A stretch of 64,000 nucleotides of DNA. It comes from an uncultured Nitrososphaeraceae archaeon (GTDB lineage Archaea; Thermoproteota; Nitrososphaeria; Nitrososphaerales; Nitrososphaeraceae). The stretch lies in NCBI GenBank assembly GCA_963779615.1, contig CAVZZA010000003.1, positions 448,001 to 512,000 of the forward strand, given 5' to 3'. Each line of letters opens with the position of its first letter. Positions within the stretch are counted from its first letter, which is position 1. The position numbers and the translations under genes are program-made. The notes beneath the pieces are model-generated. The model was given only the letters and a program-made list of their open reading frames with translations, was not told the DNA's origin and did not search any database. Positions 62,992 to 64,000 of this stretch are shown here, in pieces.

Positions 62992-64000
62992 TTTTAACAG
63001 AATCAAAAAAAAGCGTAAAGATCCCGCTGAAAAGAATGTGACCAAGGTCTCAAAAGAAAAAGACAGTCCAGTGCGTTTTCTTTAGATGTTTAGATAAAAA
63101 AAGAAGAGAGCAAAACAAATAAACAAGATAACACGTCGGCAGTGGCTATGACGTCACAAGCGTAAACACATACTTTTAATTCATTTCATGGTTTTAAGCC
63201 CTTTAACCCACGTTTTTAGCCAAAACCGATACTGGTGCATAAAAAGATAAAGTCTTCCTGGTTTGCTTGAACAACCCTTTTACCCTTTTTGAACAAAAGA
63301 CATGTATTTCCTTTGCAAGGTCACCGTCCCTTAAAACAGTTACGTTTTCTTTTCCAATTCGAGCCCAGTTATGACCTGCCCCACAATCATTGATGATGCA
63401 TCACATATCTTTTAATGCAATTAGTTTCAATCCTGTGTTACTCCAAGCAACCGCCATCATCATTTATGCACACGCATAATAACGTTGTCACCATAAAAAA
63501 AGTGAGGGGTTTATTTCGCATGATTTTTTCTGAAGTTCAGGAATAACATGTTCGTCATCTCTATTGCCTATGATGACACAGCTGCAATGAGGCATAAAAT
63601 GAATTTGATTGAGTCTTCGCATCTATTTAAAAATCACCCATTCTAAAAGATATCCAATGTCTAATTGTAATAAAAACGAAAAAGATGAAGAGACGCTTGG
63701 AAGAACCAGGGAAAAAGAGGAGTGGAAGGACGAGGATAAAGATACATGCACCAACGACGTTTCAGCCGCAAATAACAAAAATATTGACCCACATCAAGGT
63801 AAAAGGCAAGACGGCGACAGCGGCGACAAGCTGGATTTTCTTTTTAAAAAACAAAGCGAACTTTTCAAAAAAGACATAGTGGACTCTGAGAACAAAATGA
63901 GAAACCTCTATCATGTAAAAGAGCCTTTCGACGGGTACCGTGTTTTCATGTTGTCAACAGCCCTTGTGCATGAGGCAATTGAGCTGCAAAGGGAAACAAA

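Noticed and set aside
63000-64000. 1-kb gene-poor end region including ORF 63685-63879
   Set aside because: No recognisable protein, tRNA or repeat signal.

Overview
This is a chromosomal segment of an ammonia-oxidising archaeon (Nitrososphaerales, most like Candidatus Nitrosocosmicus). The assignment rests on the ADP-forming 3-hydroxypropionyl-CoA synthetase, archaeal AspRS, Cgi121, a membrane cupredoxin, Nitrososphaera-type histidine kinases and Asn-rich secreted proteins. About 0-27 kb is accessory: hydrolases, an LLM oxidoreductase, a decayed element remnant, kinases, K+/Na+ transport and small metal-binding proteins. About 28-53 kb is mostly core: aspS, sufS/sufU, gdhA, t6A genes, folE, the non-oxidative pentose phosphate genes and htrA. 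About 54-63 kb holds secreted tandem-repeat proteins and a second AAA+/VWA pair. No rRNA, tRNA or CRISPR array was recognised. Four signals stand out: (1) an unannotated ~285-nt intergenic segment at 6291-6575 that folds into nested stems with G-U pairs favouring the + strand and two possible pseudoknots; (2) several secreted Q/N-rich proteins with Cys-paired repeats; (3) an internally deleted IS6 element; (4) a dense run of single-base frameshifts at 44-52 kb that most likely reflects consensus errors. All family calls come from motif recognition by eye, not database searches.
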